Of a stretch of 64,000 nucleotides of DNA, positions 40,803-49,708 are shown one piece after another. Source of the DNA: Bacteroidetes bacterium UBA7662 (GTDB taxonomy: Bacteria; Bacteroidota; Bacteroidia; UBA7662). Each line of letters begins with the position of its first letter. The first letter of the stretch is position 1. Both the position numbers and the translations under genes were made by a program. A model generated the notes under the pieces. The model ran no database searches. It was not told the DNA's origin and saw only the letters and a program-made list of their open reading frames with translations. Where the stretch lies: contig DLHS01000014.1 of assembly GCA_002483345.1 (NCBI GenBank), positions 10,180-74,179 on the forward strand, given 5' to 3'.

Positions 40803-41591
40803 ATGATAAATCCTGTCTACGACCGCATCGGAACCACCTATAACGCTACCCGCAGGGCGGATCCGTACATAGCGTCAAGGGTTACGGCTCTGCTGCAGCC
40901 GGAGACCGGTAAGTTGTACCTTGATATGGGCTGCGGTACCGGCAATTATATGCACTATCTCACCGAAAGAGGATTCCTTTTTTACGGGATTGATCCATCC
41001 GGTACCATGCTGGATGTCGCCCGGGTAAAGTGCCCCGGCAGCCGTTTCATAAAAGGGGAGGCTGAAAATATCCCGTTGGAGGACAGTCATTTTGACGGAG
41101 CTATTGCCCTGTTTACTTTCCATCACTGGCATGACAAACCATCAGGGTTGAACGAACTTTTCAGGGTGCTGAAGCCGGGGTGCCGGCTTGTTTTCCTGAG
41201 CTTCACCGCAGAACAGATGGATGGCTACTGGCTGAAGCATTATTTTCCCGAAATGATAAAACGCTCAGGCGAACTGGTTCCCGATCAGGATACCATGCGC
41301 GATATGCTGCATCAGGCCGGTTTTTCGGCGGTAGAAACGGAAAAGTACTTTGTTCAGGAAGATTTGCAGGATCATTTTCTCTATTCGAATAAATTCCGGC
41401 CGGAGCAATATCTCAACCCGGAAATCAGGAAGGGCATTTCCTCTTTTGCAGCTTTTTCAACCCCCGACGAGCTTGAACAGGGGTTAAAAAGGCTTGAAAC
41501 CGATATTCAGGAAGGGGCCATACAGGAGGTAATCAAAAACTATAACAATGAAAACGGGGACTATTTGTTTTATGTGGTCAGTAAAGCATGA
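40803..41591 (+). CDS. class I SAM-dependent methyltransferase
   Basis: Motif I LDMGCGTGNY and post-I/II motifs. The start is taken at the MINPVYDRIG Met. Confidence 0.75.
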   Translation: MINPVYDRIGTTYNATRRADPYIASRVTALLQPETGKLYLDMGCGTGNYMHYLTERGFLFYGIDPSGTMLDVARVKCPGSRFIKGEAENIPLEDSHFDGAIALFTFHHWHDKPSGLNELFRVLKPGCRLVFLSFTAEQMDGYWLKHYFPEMIKRSGELVPDQDTMRDMLHQAGFSAVETEKYFVQEDLQDHFLYSNKFRPEQYLNPEIRKGISSFAAFSTPDELEQGLKRLETDIQEGAIQEVIKNYNNENGDYLFYVVSKA

Positions 41592-41672
41592 AATTCATCA
41601 AGCCCGGCGGTTGGGGGTAATACCAGCCATGTTTATAAGCCAAATTAATCAGTCCCAATACAATTGTAGCGA

Positions 41673-42170
41673 ATGGAACTAGCGTTCAGGCCCATGAAAA
41701 CAGCTGATTGGAATACGGTCGCTGAAATATACAAACAGGGTATAGAGACAGGAAATGCCACCTTTCAACAGGAAATCCCTGAATGGGAAGTGTGGGACAA
41801 AGGGCACCTGACTTCCTGCCGGCTTGTGGCCATGGTTGAAGATGAAATAATAGCCTGGGCTGCTTTGTCACCTGTGTCGTCACGCCAGGTTTATAGTGGA
41901 GTGGCCGAAGTGAGTATTTATGTGAACAATATGTTCCGTGGGCAAAAAGTCGGAACACAACTTATGAAAAAACTGATTGAAGAAAGTGAAAATACTGGTT
42001 TCTGGACGTTGCAGGCTGGTATTTTCCCTGAAAATGAATCAAGTTTAAGGATACATGCCTCGCTTGGGTTCAGGGTTATAGGTTACAGAGAAAAAGTGGG
42101 CAAAATGAACGATGTATGGCGGGATACTATTTTGCTGGAACGCAGAAGCAAAAGAGTTGGGATTGGCTAA
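41673..42170 (+). CDS. GNAT-family N-acetyltransferase (phosphinothricin-acetyltransferase-like)
   Basis: 165 aa. AcCoA-binding RGQKVGTQLMKKLI motif and EIYKQGIETGNATFQ N-terminus. Confidence 0.8.
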   Translation: MELAFRPMKTADWNTVAEIYKQGIETGNATFQQEIPEWEVWDKGHLTSCRLVAMVEDEIIAWAALSPVSSRQVYSGVAEVSIYVNNMFRGQKVGTQLMKKLIEESENTGFWTLQAGIFPENESSLRIHASLGFRVIGYREKVGKMNDVWRDTILLERRSKRVGIG

Positions 42171-42571
42171 GGCAACACATCCAGCAGATCAAGCTGAGGT
42201 AAACCCTGGCTCAATCCGCATTGATAATATTCGAGGCGGTTACGGAATTGCAGCCGCACCACCCTGTCGGCCTGTTTCAGCGAATCGGGCAGCCCGTAAA
42301 TGTGGTAGGTGACGCCTGATTTTTCGGCAGCCCAGCCACAACCATCTACCGAAGGGTCTCCCAGATCTACGATGATAAATACACCGGTTTCCGGGCAGGA
42401 TCCAGCCGTATAACTGATGTTTTTACAATCAGCTTCGCAGGAATTGCTGTAGGTTACACCATCGGAACCGCAGACAGGAGCATAGATAGCAGGACAAACA
42501 CATTCGTCTTTTTGACGGCAGGCCTGTAAGGCAATCAGCACGAAACATGCGAGCAACAAGGGTGTTTTCAT
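42167..42571 (-). CDS. lipoprotein with a Kazal-type serine-protease-inhibitor domain
   Basis: Lipobox-like LIALQAC. The Kazal signature CVCPAIYAPVCGSDGVTYSNSCEADC is present. Confidence 0.7.
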   Translation of the reverse strand: MKTPLLLACFVLIALQACRQKDECVCPAIYAPVCGSDGVTYSNSCEADCKNISYTAGSCPETGVFIIVDLGDPSVDGCGWAAEKSGVTYHIYGLPDSLKQADRVVRLQFRNRLEYYQCGLSQGLPQLDLLDVLP

Positions 42572-42662
42572 ACAACTAATTTAAGCAATGGAGGCATACA
42601 CGCTGCCGGAACCACCATTAATTATTAGCAACGTGCCAGGGGCTTCCTTATTTTAGCCGGTC

Positions 42663-43457
42663 ATGTTTGAACATTCTCTGCCTGAACTGGAAACGCTGCT
42701 TAACAAAGCACATATATACTACAATCAGCCCGCTTTTATCGCAGCCGACCCTATCAGCGTGCCACATATGTTTAAGAAGTCAGCCGATATTGAGATAGCA
42801 GGGCTTTTTGCAGCCATTTTTGCCTGGGGACAGCGGCCCACCATCATTGCCAAAAGCAAAGAGCTTCTGGCCAGAATGGACAATGATCCGGCAGATTTTG
42901 TCAGGAACCATGGAGAAAAAGACCTTCAACGACTCCTTGGTTTTGTCCATCGCACCTTTAACGATACGGATTTACTTTATCTCCTGGATTTTCTTAAGCG
43001 GCATTATCAAAAGTATGATTCACTGGAAGATGCTTTTTTGCTCGTGGAGCCTGCCGAAACAAATCCTGACAGGAGGGCCTTTCAACGCCTTGCCCATTTT
43101 CACGAGCTGGTTTTTGGCGCAGCTTACGCGCCTGAACGAACCCGGAAACACATCGCCAGCCCGGCCAGAGGCAGCAGTTGCAAAAGGTTGAATATGTATC
43201 TCCGGTGGATGGTCAGGCAGGACGACCGGGGTGTGGATTTCGGGCTATGGAAACGGATTTCGCCTTCCGAGCTCATCATGCCGATGGATCTGCATGTGCA
43301 AAGGGTGGGCACTCGTCTGGGGCTGATGACTGAGGAGCGAAGTGACTGGAAAGCAGCCATCCGGCTCACAGAAAAACTCAGGGCCTTCGACCCTGCCGAT
43401 CCGGTTAAATACGACTTCGCCCTTTTCGGAATGGGCGTACTTGAAAAGGAATGGTAG
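42663..43457 (+). CDS. TIGR02757/DUF2400-family protein
   Basis: 264 aa. The N-terminal ADPISVPHMF...DIEIAGLFAAIFAWGQRPTII resembles this family as I recall it; not verified by search. Confidence 0.55.
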   Translation: MFEHSLPELETLLNKAHIYYNQPAFIAADPISVPHMFKKSADIEIAGLFAAIFAWGQRPTIIAKSKELLARMDNDPADFVRNHGEKDLQRLLGFVHRTFNDTDLLYLLDFLKRHYQKYDSLEDAFLLVEPAETNPDRRAFQRLAHFHELVFGAAYAPERTRKHIASPARGSSCKRLNMYLRWMVRQDDRGVDFGLWKRISPSELIMPMDLHVQRVGTRLGLMTEERSDWKAAIRLTEKLRAFDPADPVKYDFALFGMGVLEKEW

Positions 43458-43460
43458 GGG

Positions 43461-43847
43461 TCAGAACGAGGCTAAATCTTCGATATATAAATCGATAGCT
43501 CCTTCACCCAGCATCAACGTTGCCAACACTTTTGGATTTTTGACAGCTTTGACAGCCTTTTTTCGGTCTTCTTCGCCGTTTTTTTCCATATAAAGCTCTG
43601 TATACAAATCCAACTCCGGGTGATCATTCGGATTTACAACCCCGTATAACATGGTTTCATTAAGCCGGTACATTCTACAAACATCGAATACCTCGAGTTC
43701 ATCACCCAATACCATGATTTCGGCCACACGATCCAGAATCAGGGCTTTGGCAATTTTAATGACCTCCGGGTCGGTACCATTCAAAAAACAGATGATGGGG
43801 CTATCTTTGTCGGCAGCCCATTGACGGATTTTTTCCAGTTTGCTCAT
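43461..43847 (-). CDS. small hypothetical protein resembling only the N-terminal part of phosphate acyltransferases
   Basis: 128 aa. IICFLNGTDPEVIKIAKALILDRVAEIMVLG recalls the Pta/Ptb N-terminus, but the protein is far too short for an enzyme. Confidence 0.35.
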   Translation of the reverse strand: MSKLEKIRQWAADKDSPIICFLNGTDPEVIKIAKALILDRVAEIMVLGDELEVFDVCRMYRLNETMLYGVVNPNDHPELDLYTELYMEKNGEEDRKKAVKAVKNPKVLATLMLGEGAIDLYIEDLASF

Positions 43848-43891
43848 GATGCTATTACCTCCGAAAAATAAAGCCTAAACAGCAAATTTGT

Positions 43892-45274
43892 ATGAACCGA
43901 CCGCAAATTTTCAATACCGATGATACCATCGTAGCACTGGCTACTCCTGCCGGGGTTGGTGCCATCGGCGTAATCCGGCTGTCGGGCCCGAGAGCCATCG
44001 ATCTGGCCAACCAGATTTGCCGTAATAAAGACCTGAGCGTTCAGGCTTCGCATACCGTTCATTTCGGCATCGTGGAAGATGACGGGAGACGTATTGATGA
44101 GGCTGTTTTTACCCTTTTCAGGGCACCAGCATCCTTTACCAAAGAAGATGTGGTGGAAATTTCACTGCACGGCTCTTCTTTTATCCTGGATCAGGTTATT
44201 CAGTTGCTCATCCGCAGAGGAGCCAGACTGGCGCAGCCCGGGGAGTTTACCTTCCGGGCGTTTTTGAACGGACGTTTTGATCTGAGTCAGGCCGAAGCCG
44301 TAGCTGATCTCATTGCAGCCGATAATGAACATGCCCACCGGGTAGCCATGAACCAGATGCGGGGAGGTTTTTCACAGGAAATCGGTCGTTTGCGGACGCA
44401 ACTGGTCGATTTCGCCTCACTTCTGGAACTTGAACTTGATTTCAGCGAAGAAGATGTAGAGTTTGCCAACCGCAGACAATTGAAAGAACTGTTGCTCCGT
44501 ATTGTCCAGGTAGTATCGTCTTTGCAGGAAAGTTTCCGCCTGGGAAATGTCATTAAAAACGGCGTGGCAACGGTTATTGCCGGCCGTCCGAACGCCGGTA
44601 AATCAACCTTGCTCAACGCTTTGTTGAACGAAGAAAAAGCCATTGTAAGCCATATTCCCGGCACTACCCGCGATGTGATTGAAGATGTGATCAGCATTGG
44701 TGGGGTCAAATTCCGGTTTTACGATACCGCTGGCATACGCGAAGCCGAGGATATGATCGAATCCATCGGGGTGGAGCGTACCTTTGAGAAGATGGGGCAG
44801 GCGGCCATCATCCTGTATTTGTTTGATTTATCCACCACCAGTCCGGCTCAACTGCAGGCTGAATTGGATACGTTGGCCAGACACAATGCTGCCTTGTTGC
44901 TGGTAGCCAATAAAATGGATGAGATTAAAAGTCTGGAAGGCCTCGAAGCCTATCGTAAAATGGGGGAGATGTTGTTTATCTCTGCCAAAAAGAAAGAAGG
45001 TCTCGACGCGCTGGTCCAGAAGTTACTTTCCTGGGTAGAAGCAGGCAAAATCCAGAACGAACCCGTGGTTGCCAATGCCCGCCACTACGAAGCCCTGGGA
45101 AAAGCCAACGAAGCCCTGCAATCGGCCGTTCATGCCATGGATGCGGCTTTGCCCACCGATCTGGTAGCGCAGGAGATCCGGCAATCACTCCATTATCTGG
45201 GTGAAATCACCGGAGAAGTCACTACTGACGACCTCCTGGGGAATATTTTCTCGAAGTTTTGTATCGGAAAGTAA
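43892..45274 (+). CDS. mnmE: tRNA modification GTPase MnmE
   Basis: 460 aa. G-domain GRPNAGKSTLLN, DTAGIR and NKMD motifs, with the C-terminal FCIGK. Confidence 0.9.
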   Translation: MNRPQIFNTDDTIVALATPAGVGAIGVIRLSGPRAIDLANQICRNKDLSVQASHTVHFGIVEDDGRRIDEAVFTLFRAPASFTKEDVVEISLHGSSFILDQVIQLLIRRGARLAQPGEFTFRAFLNGRFDLSQAEAVADLIAADNEHAHRVAMNQMRGGFSQEIGRLRTQLVDFASLLELELDFSEEDVEFANRRQLKELLLRIVQVVSSLQESFRLGNVIKNGVATVIAGRPNAGKSTLLNALLNEEKAIVSHIPGTTRDVIEDVISIGGVKFRFYDTAGIREAEDMIESIGVERTFEKMGQAAIILYLFDLSTTSPAQLQAELDTLARHNAALLLVANKMDEIKSLEGLEAYRKMGEMLFISAKKKEGLDALVQKLLSWVEAGKIQNEPVVANARHYEALGKANEALQSAVHAMDAALPTDLVAQEIRQSLHYLGEITGEVTTDDLLGNIFSKFCIGK

Positions 45275-45280
45275 TTACAT

Positions 45281-45435
45281 TTCCTTTACTACTCTAAACC
45301 CTTCTTTTACTATCATTTAGGCTGTTTTTCTTTCCTTTACTTGTTGCTAATTTTCCCTTTTTTTGCTTATATTTGTTTCTAATCTGTTACTGACAACAAC
45401 AGATTTGTTGGTAGCAACAAGATTTTTAGCAACAG
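45281..45435. repeat. clustered short repeats at the island left end (candidate recombinase arm/accessory sites)
   Basis: TTC(C/T)TTTACT occurs three times as a direct repeat (45281, 45302, 45332). TAGCAACA occurs at 45412 and 45427, with an inverted copy TGTTGCTA at 45342. Further TTGTTG/CAACAA half-sites lie at 45394 and 45405. Confidence 0.5.
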
Positions 45436-45516
45436 GCGAAATCATGTTACATAGAGATACGCCCCGATACAAAGGGGTATTCTCTGAGACATTTTTAAGC
45501 CAAAAAGGAAAACACT

Positions 45517-45870
45517 ATGAGCAGCAGTATAGAAGTTCCAAAGATTTGTCAGGACTGCGGAAAGTCTTTCATCGCAAAGACTACCGTTACCAAATTTTGC
45601 AGCCACAAGTGCGCCTCCCGAAACTACAAGAAGCGTAAGCGAGAAGGAAAGATTGAGGAGGTTGCCCCTATTGTGGTTCAGAGAATTGAATACAATCAGG
45701 AACAGTTAAAGCACAAAGATTTTTTGAGTGTTGATGAAACCTGCAAGCTCTTAGGTGCAAGCCGCATGACAATCTATCGGCAGATAAAAGCCGGAAACAT
45801 CCGAGCGGCAAAGATTGGCAGTCGCACAATCATCAAGAGAACCGAAATCGATAAACTGTTTCAGATATGA
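45517..45870 (+). CDS. zinc-ribbon plus excisionase-type HTH DNA-binding protein
   Basis: N-terminal CQDCGKSF...CSHKC, then an HTH_17-like LSVDETCKLLGASRMTIYRQIKAGNIRAAKIG. There is a 4-nt overlap with the integrase start. Confidence 0.6.
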   Translation: MSSSIEVPKICQDCGKSFIAKTTVTKFCSHKCASRNYKKRKREGKIEEVAPIVVQRIEYNQEQLKHKDFLSVDETCKLLGASRMTIYRQIKAGNIRAAKIGSRTIIKRTEIDKLFQI

Positions 45871-46961
45871 AGGTAACACTAAGACAACGCAACCAGGGCG
45901 GACAGACCAGCTTATACCTCGACTATTACCACAAGGGAAAGCGGAAAACCGAGTACCTAAAATTGTACCTCGACCCCAATGCAAAAACCAAGGAGGAAAA
46001 AGAGGTCAATAAAAAGACCATGCAATTAGCAGAGACTATCAGGGCGCAAAGACAAATCGAAATTCAAAACGGTGTTTATGGCTTTCGTGATCAGGAGAAG
46101 CAAAAAGGCAGCTTCCTTTCCTACATTGAATTACTTGCGCAACAAAGGCAGGACAGCCCCGGCAACCATGGCAATTGGACCAGCATGATTAAGCACCTGA
46201 AAGCCTTTTGCACCTATGATTTATCATTCACCGAAGTGGACAGGCAGTTTGTTCAGGATTTCAAACAATACCTTGATAAGAAGGCCATAGCCCACGGAAA
46301 CCAGAAGCTATCTCAAAATTCCAAGTACTCCTATTTCAACAAGCTTAGGGCAGCACTAAAACAGGCCGTGAAAGATGGTATCATTCCAACCAATCCTTCT
46401 GAAGGTGTAGAGGCTTTCAAGCAAGGAGAAACGGAAAGAGAATTTTTGACATTGGATGAGCTGCAAGCAGCAGTAAAGGCAGAATGCGAAATCCCTATCC
46501 TGAAAACGGCATTCATTTTTTCATGCCTTTCAGGGCTTCGTTGGTCAGATATAAACAAGCTCCTTTGGTCTGAGGTGCAGCACTCAAACGAAATGGGCTA
46601 TTACATCCGATTCCGACAGAAGAAAACCAAAGGAGCGGAAACCCTACCCATTTCCGAACAAGCCTTCGGCTTGCTCGGAGAACGTGAGGACAGAGAGGAA
46701 AGAGTTTTCAAAGGTTTGAATTATTCGGCATGGCACAACCTGAAATTGCAACAATGGATGATGAAAGCCGGAATCTCCAAAACAATCACTTTCCATTGCG
46801 CCCGTCATACCTACGCCACATTGCAGCTTACAATGGGAACCGACATTTACACGGTTTCAAAGCTCTTAGGCCATAGGGAGCTAAAAACAACTCAAGTCTA
46901 TGCGAAAATCATAGACGACAAGAAAAAAGAGGCAGCCAGTAAAATCAAACTTGACCTATGA
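45867..46961 (+). CDS. tyrosine-type site-specific recombinase/integrase
   Basis: The C-terminal catalytic region has LRWSD (Arg), HCARHTYAT and LLGHRELKTTQVYAKI (His/Tyr). The N-terminal arm-binding-like region is typical of Bacteroidota integrases. Confidence 0.9.
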   Translation: MKVTLRQRNQGGQTSLYLDYYHKGKRKTEYLKLYLDPNAKTKEEKEVNKKTMQLAETIRAQRQIEIQNGVYGFRDQEKQKGSFLSYIELLAQQRQDSPGNHGNWTSMIKHLKAFCTYDLSFTEVDRQFVQDFKQYLDKKAIAHGNQKLSQNSKYSYFNKLRAALKQAVKDGIIPTNPSEGVEAFKQGETEREFLTLDELQAAVKAECEIPILKTAFIFSCLSGLRWSDINKLLWSEVQHSNEMGYYIRFRQKKTKGAETLPISEQAFGLLGEREDREERVFKGLNYSAWHNLKLQQWMMKAGISKTITFHCARHTYATLQLTMGTDIYTVSKLLGHRELKTTQVYAKIIDDKKKEAASKIKLDL

Positions 46962-47974
46962 GCAATCAAACAAAAATACTTGACGACATTCTCTACCAGG
47001 GGCTTCGCCCTTGGTCAGAGAAAAACAGCGTGGACGAAAAGTTTGCTCCAAAGTTCCGTGCCCTAAAAGAAGCCTCCACTGATTATCAATTCCGGTATGA
47101 AATCAAATTTGAAAGGCCATTTGACAACAAAACCAAGTACTACTCAAAGCTGATTCTAAACACCCTCAAAACGGACGTTGAAAGGCTCTACAACCTCATC
47201 AGTGAAGATGATACTGAAAACCTAATCCGCTATTGGCTGGATGATACTTTGAACAAGCGTTTAAAGACCCGCTTAAAAGACATTGGAAAGCTGATTAAAG
47301 AGAAGGAATTTGATTTGACATTCATAGATCCCAAGAAAGCTTCCATTGAGTTTGATCAGGCACACAAAGCCAACACCTATATCATCCAATTGCTAAAGCT
47401 TGCATACATGCAGCTTTACCTCGAAATCCAAGATGCTTTCAGCACTTGGATTGATGATAAGTTGGTGATAGAGGATTTTTACACCCAGCTACTACATGAA
47501 CCCATACCGCAGAAACCATTATTGACCGAGATTCAAATCATTGAGGTTGAAGCAACGGAGAAACCAGTTAAAAAGCCGGAACCCAAACAAAAGGACATTC
47601 CATTCAATTCATTTACCTACAAGCAACTCAATACCGCTCAGGAAAAGATTTCCGATTTGTGCAGCAGCTTAAAGTTCAACAACCTGATAAGCCAAGACAC
47701 AACCGTTCCAAATTTCAAACGAGTATTTTCTAATGCTGAAATAAAAAATCCTGTAGTATGGACAGGCACAATCAGCGAACTATTCTACTTCATCAAACTA
47801 ATTCACAACGACCTGCAATTGATTGAGAACTTGAAACAGAAGCAATGGGAAGTTACTTGCCTATGTTTTGTTGATGAAGATGGAAAGCCATTTGAAAGAA
47901 CAAAATTTAGGTCGCAGAAGAAACCGAAACTAACAGCTCAAAAAATTGAAAAGTCCGTTTTAAACCTGAAATAA
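46958..47974 (+). CDS. hypothetical island protein
   Basis: 338-aa ORF with a 4-nt overlap with the integrase gene. No recognisable motifs. Confidence 0.45.
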   Translation: MSNQTKILDDILYQGLRPWSEKNSVDEKFAPKFRALKEASTDYQFRYEIKFERPFDNKTKYYSKLILNTLKTDVERLYNLISEDDTENLIRYWLDDTLNKRLKTRLKDIGKLIKEKEFDLTFIDPKKASIEFDQAHKANTYIIQLLKLAYMQLYLEIQDAFSTWIDDKLVIEDFYTQLLHEPIPQKPLLTEIQIIEVEATEKPVKKPEPKQKDIPFNSFTYKQLNTAQEKISDLCSSLKFNNLISQDTTVPNFKRVFSNAEIKNPVVWTGTISELFYFIKLIHNDLQLIENLKQKQWEVTCLCFVDEDGKPFERTKFRSQKKPKLTAQKIEKSVLNLK

Positions 47975-48020
47975 GGTACTCTGCACTTTACACCTTCTAT
48001 CTTTTTTCTGTTTTTGTTTA

Positions 48021-48056
48021 GCCCTCTTTTGCTCAAAAAGGGGGCTTTTATTTTTC
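48021..48056 (+). terminator. Rho-independent terminator after the integrase module
   Basis: A 10-bp stem GCCCTCTTTT / AAAAGGGGGC (one G-U pair) with a 5-nt loop, followed by TTTTATTTTT. Confidence 0.55.
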
Positions 48057-48063
48057 ATGCCCC

Positions 48064-48091
48064 ACTCTGCACTCTGCACTCTGCACTGCAC
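48064..48091. repeat. 7-bp tandem repeat (ACTCTGC x3 plus a partial copy), part of a CTGCACT motif cluster
   Basis: CTGCACT occurs at 47981, 48067, 48074, 48081 and 48100. Confidence 0.7.
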
Positions 48092-48205
48092 CTTCCTTTC
48101 TGCACTCATAACGCCCTGTTAGCCATTCTAATTTAGCCCTGTCTTCGACAATCGAAGATGACATTTGGCCAGATGTCCATTTCCTAATTCATAATTGATT
48201 AAGTC

Positions 48206-48505
48206 ATGGACGAAATAATTGAACGTCTTGAAAATCTCCAACGCCTAATTGAGAGCCAGGGGATTTACACAAAGGAAGTTTTAAACTTCAATGAAGCTTG
48301 CCAGTATCTGGAGCTTTCCCAATCTCACTTGTACAAGTTGACAAGTGCAGGGAGCATTCCGCACTACAAGCCTAATGGAAAGAAGCTCTATTTCAAAAGA
48401 AGCGAGTTGGAAAGCTGGTTGCTACGCAACCGCAATTCCACTCAGGAAGAAATAGACCAAAGGGCTGCGGATTACCTAATAAAGAAAGGGAGGGTGAAGC
48501 TATGA
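48206..48505 (+). CDS. excisionase/AlpA-type HTH (HTH_17) DNA-binding protein
   Basis: LNFNEACQYLELSQSHLYKLTSAGSIPHYKPNGKKLYFKRSELESWL. Confidence 0.65.
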   Translation: MDEIIERLENLQRLIESQGIYTKEVLNFNEACQYLELSQSHLYKLTSAGSIPHYKPNGKKLYFKRSELESWLLRNRNSTQEEIDQRAADYLIKKGRVKL

Positions 48506-48798
48506 ACGAGATAATGGATATGATCTTGACGCTAACTCAAGACATTAAAACAGTCAAAGCCTACCTCCTCAACTTCCATAAATCACGCTTGGAGCAATTC
48601 AGCGAGGAATGGATTGATGGACAGGTAGTGATGCAAACGCTTCACATTAGCAAAAGAACCCTCCAATCCCTTCGGGATGGTGGGGTTCTTCCCTACAGCC
48701 GAATCAATGGCAAATTCTACTACAAGGTTTCTGATATAGAAGCCTTTCTGGAATCCAATTACTCACCTTCAAAATCAAAGCACTATGGAGGTAAGTAG
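48502..48798 (+). CDS. second HTH_17-type DNA-binding protein
   Basis: VMQTLHISKRTLQSLRDGGVLPYSRINGKFYYKVSDIEAFL. There is a 4-nt overlap with the previous gene. Confidence 0.6.
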   Translation: MNEIMDMILTLTQDIKTVKAYLLNFHKSRLEQFSEEWIDGQVVMQTLHISKRTLQSLRDGGVLPYSRINGKFYYKVSDIEAFLESNYSPSKSKHYGGK

Positions 48799-49705
48799 AA
48801 AAGCCATTCTCGACAAAACGCACTACGGCTTAAATATCTACGCCTATGTGTTGCGACAGTACTATCCGGGTGAAACAGTCCTTTCCCTTTCGGGAAGGGA
48901 CTGCAAACCTGCGAAGAACCCATTCAATGCGGACAAGCCTACATTGTTGGTAAAGGTTGTTGACGGTTGTGCTACGCACACCGATTCAGAAGAAGCCATT
49001 GCACAAGGCAATGTCTTTGATTTTGCAGCTCTACATTTCAGCCTCGAAGGGCAAACCCTTCTCGACAAGCTGAATGAAGAACTGCATTTGCGTATCGGTA
49101 AGCAACAGGGTTTTTACGCTCAGGCAGAATCGCAACCTGCGGTTGCTCTTCCTGAAATAGTCAAACCGGCTGCGCCAGTTTTCAGCTATTTCAATAAGCC
49201 TGTCACCAACGTAACACCAAGTCGGCAAGCCTCCTTGGTTGAAGTTTACAATCTTATCAAAGGCAATGAATTTGCTTCGTGTACAAGTTCACTCCGCAAC
49301 ATTCCCGACCCAAAGGAAGCCAGAAAGTACAAGGCTCAAAATTTCGATTATGTGACCTTCTCAGGCACTTTCTCTAAGAGAAATGATGCAAACCTTCAAA
49401 GACATTCAGGTTTGCTCACAATCGATTTTGACCATATTCAGGACATTCCCACACTCAAGACGGCACTACTCAACGACCATTACTTTGAAACGGAGCTACT
49501 GTTTGTATCTCCTTCAGGTGATGGCCTCAAATGGGTAATTCCAATCGACTTGACGCAAGCAAAACACCAGGACTATTTCAAAGCAGTGGCAAACTACGTT
49601 TCCCACACCTACCATCTCGAAATAGACCAATCAGGGAAGGACATTTCAAGAGCCTGTTTCCTTCCACATGATTCAGAAATATTCATCAATCCTAAATACT
49701 TGTAG
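48785..49705 (+). CDS. BT4734/VirE-N-terminal-like (primase-like) protein
   Basis: NFDYVTFSGTFSKRNDANLQRHSGLLTIDFDH...LLFVSPSGDGLKWVIPID resembles the BT4734-like/VirE_N family found in Bacteroidota islands; recalled, not searched. Confidence 0.55.
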   Translation: MEVSRKAILDKTHYGLNIYAYVLRQYYPGETVLSLSGRDCKPAKNPFNADKPTLLVKVVDGCATHTDSEEAIAQGNVFDFAALHFSLEGQTLLDKLNEELHLRIGKQQGFYAQAESQPAVALPEIVKPAAPVFSYFNKPVTNVTPSRQASLVEVYNLIKGNEFASCTSSLRNIPDPKEARKYKAQNFDYVTFSGTFSKRNDANLQRHSGLLTIDFDHIQDIPTLKTALLNDHYFETELLFVSPSGDGLKWVIPIDLTQAKHQDYFKAVANYVSHTYHLEIDQSGKDISRACFLPHDSEIFINPKYL

Positions 49706-49708
49706 GAC

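Noticed and set aside
43461-43847. Phosphotransacetylase gene
   Set aside because: Only about 128 aa resemble the N-terminal part of Pta/Ptb. The catalytic C-terminal half is absent, so no enzymatic call is made.
48064-48091. Possible CRISPR array
   Set aside because: The repeat unit is only 7 bp with no spacers. No CRISPR-like repeat-spacer periodicity was seen anywhere in the window.
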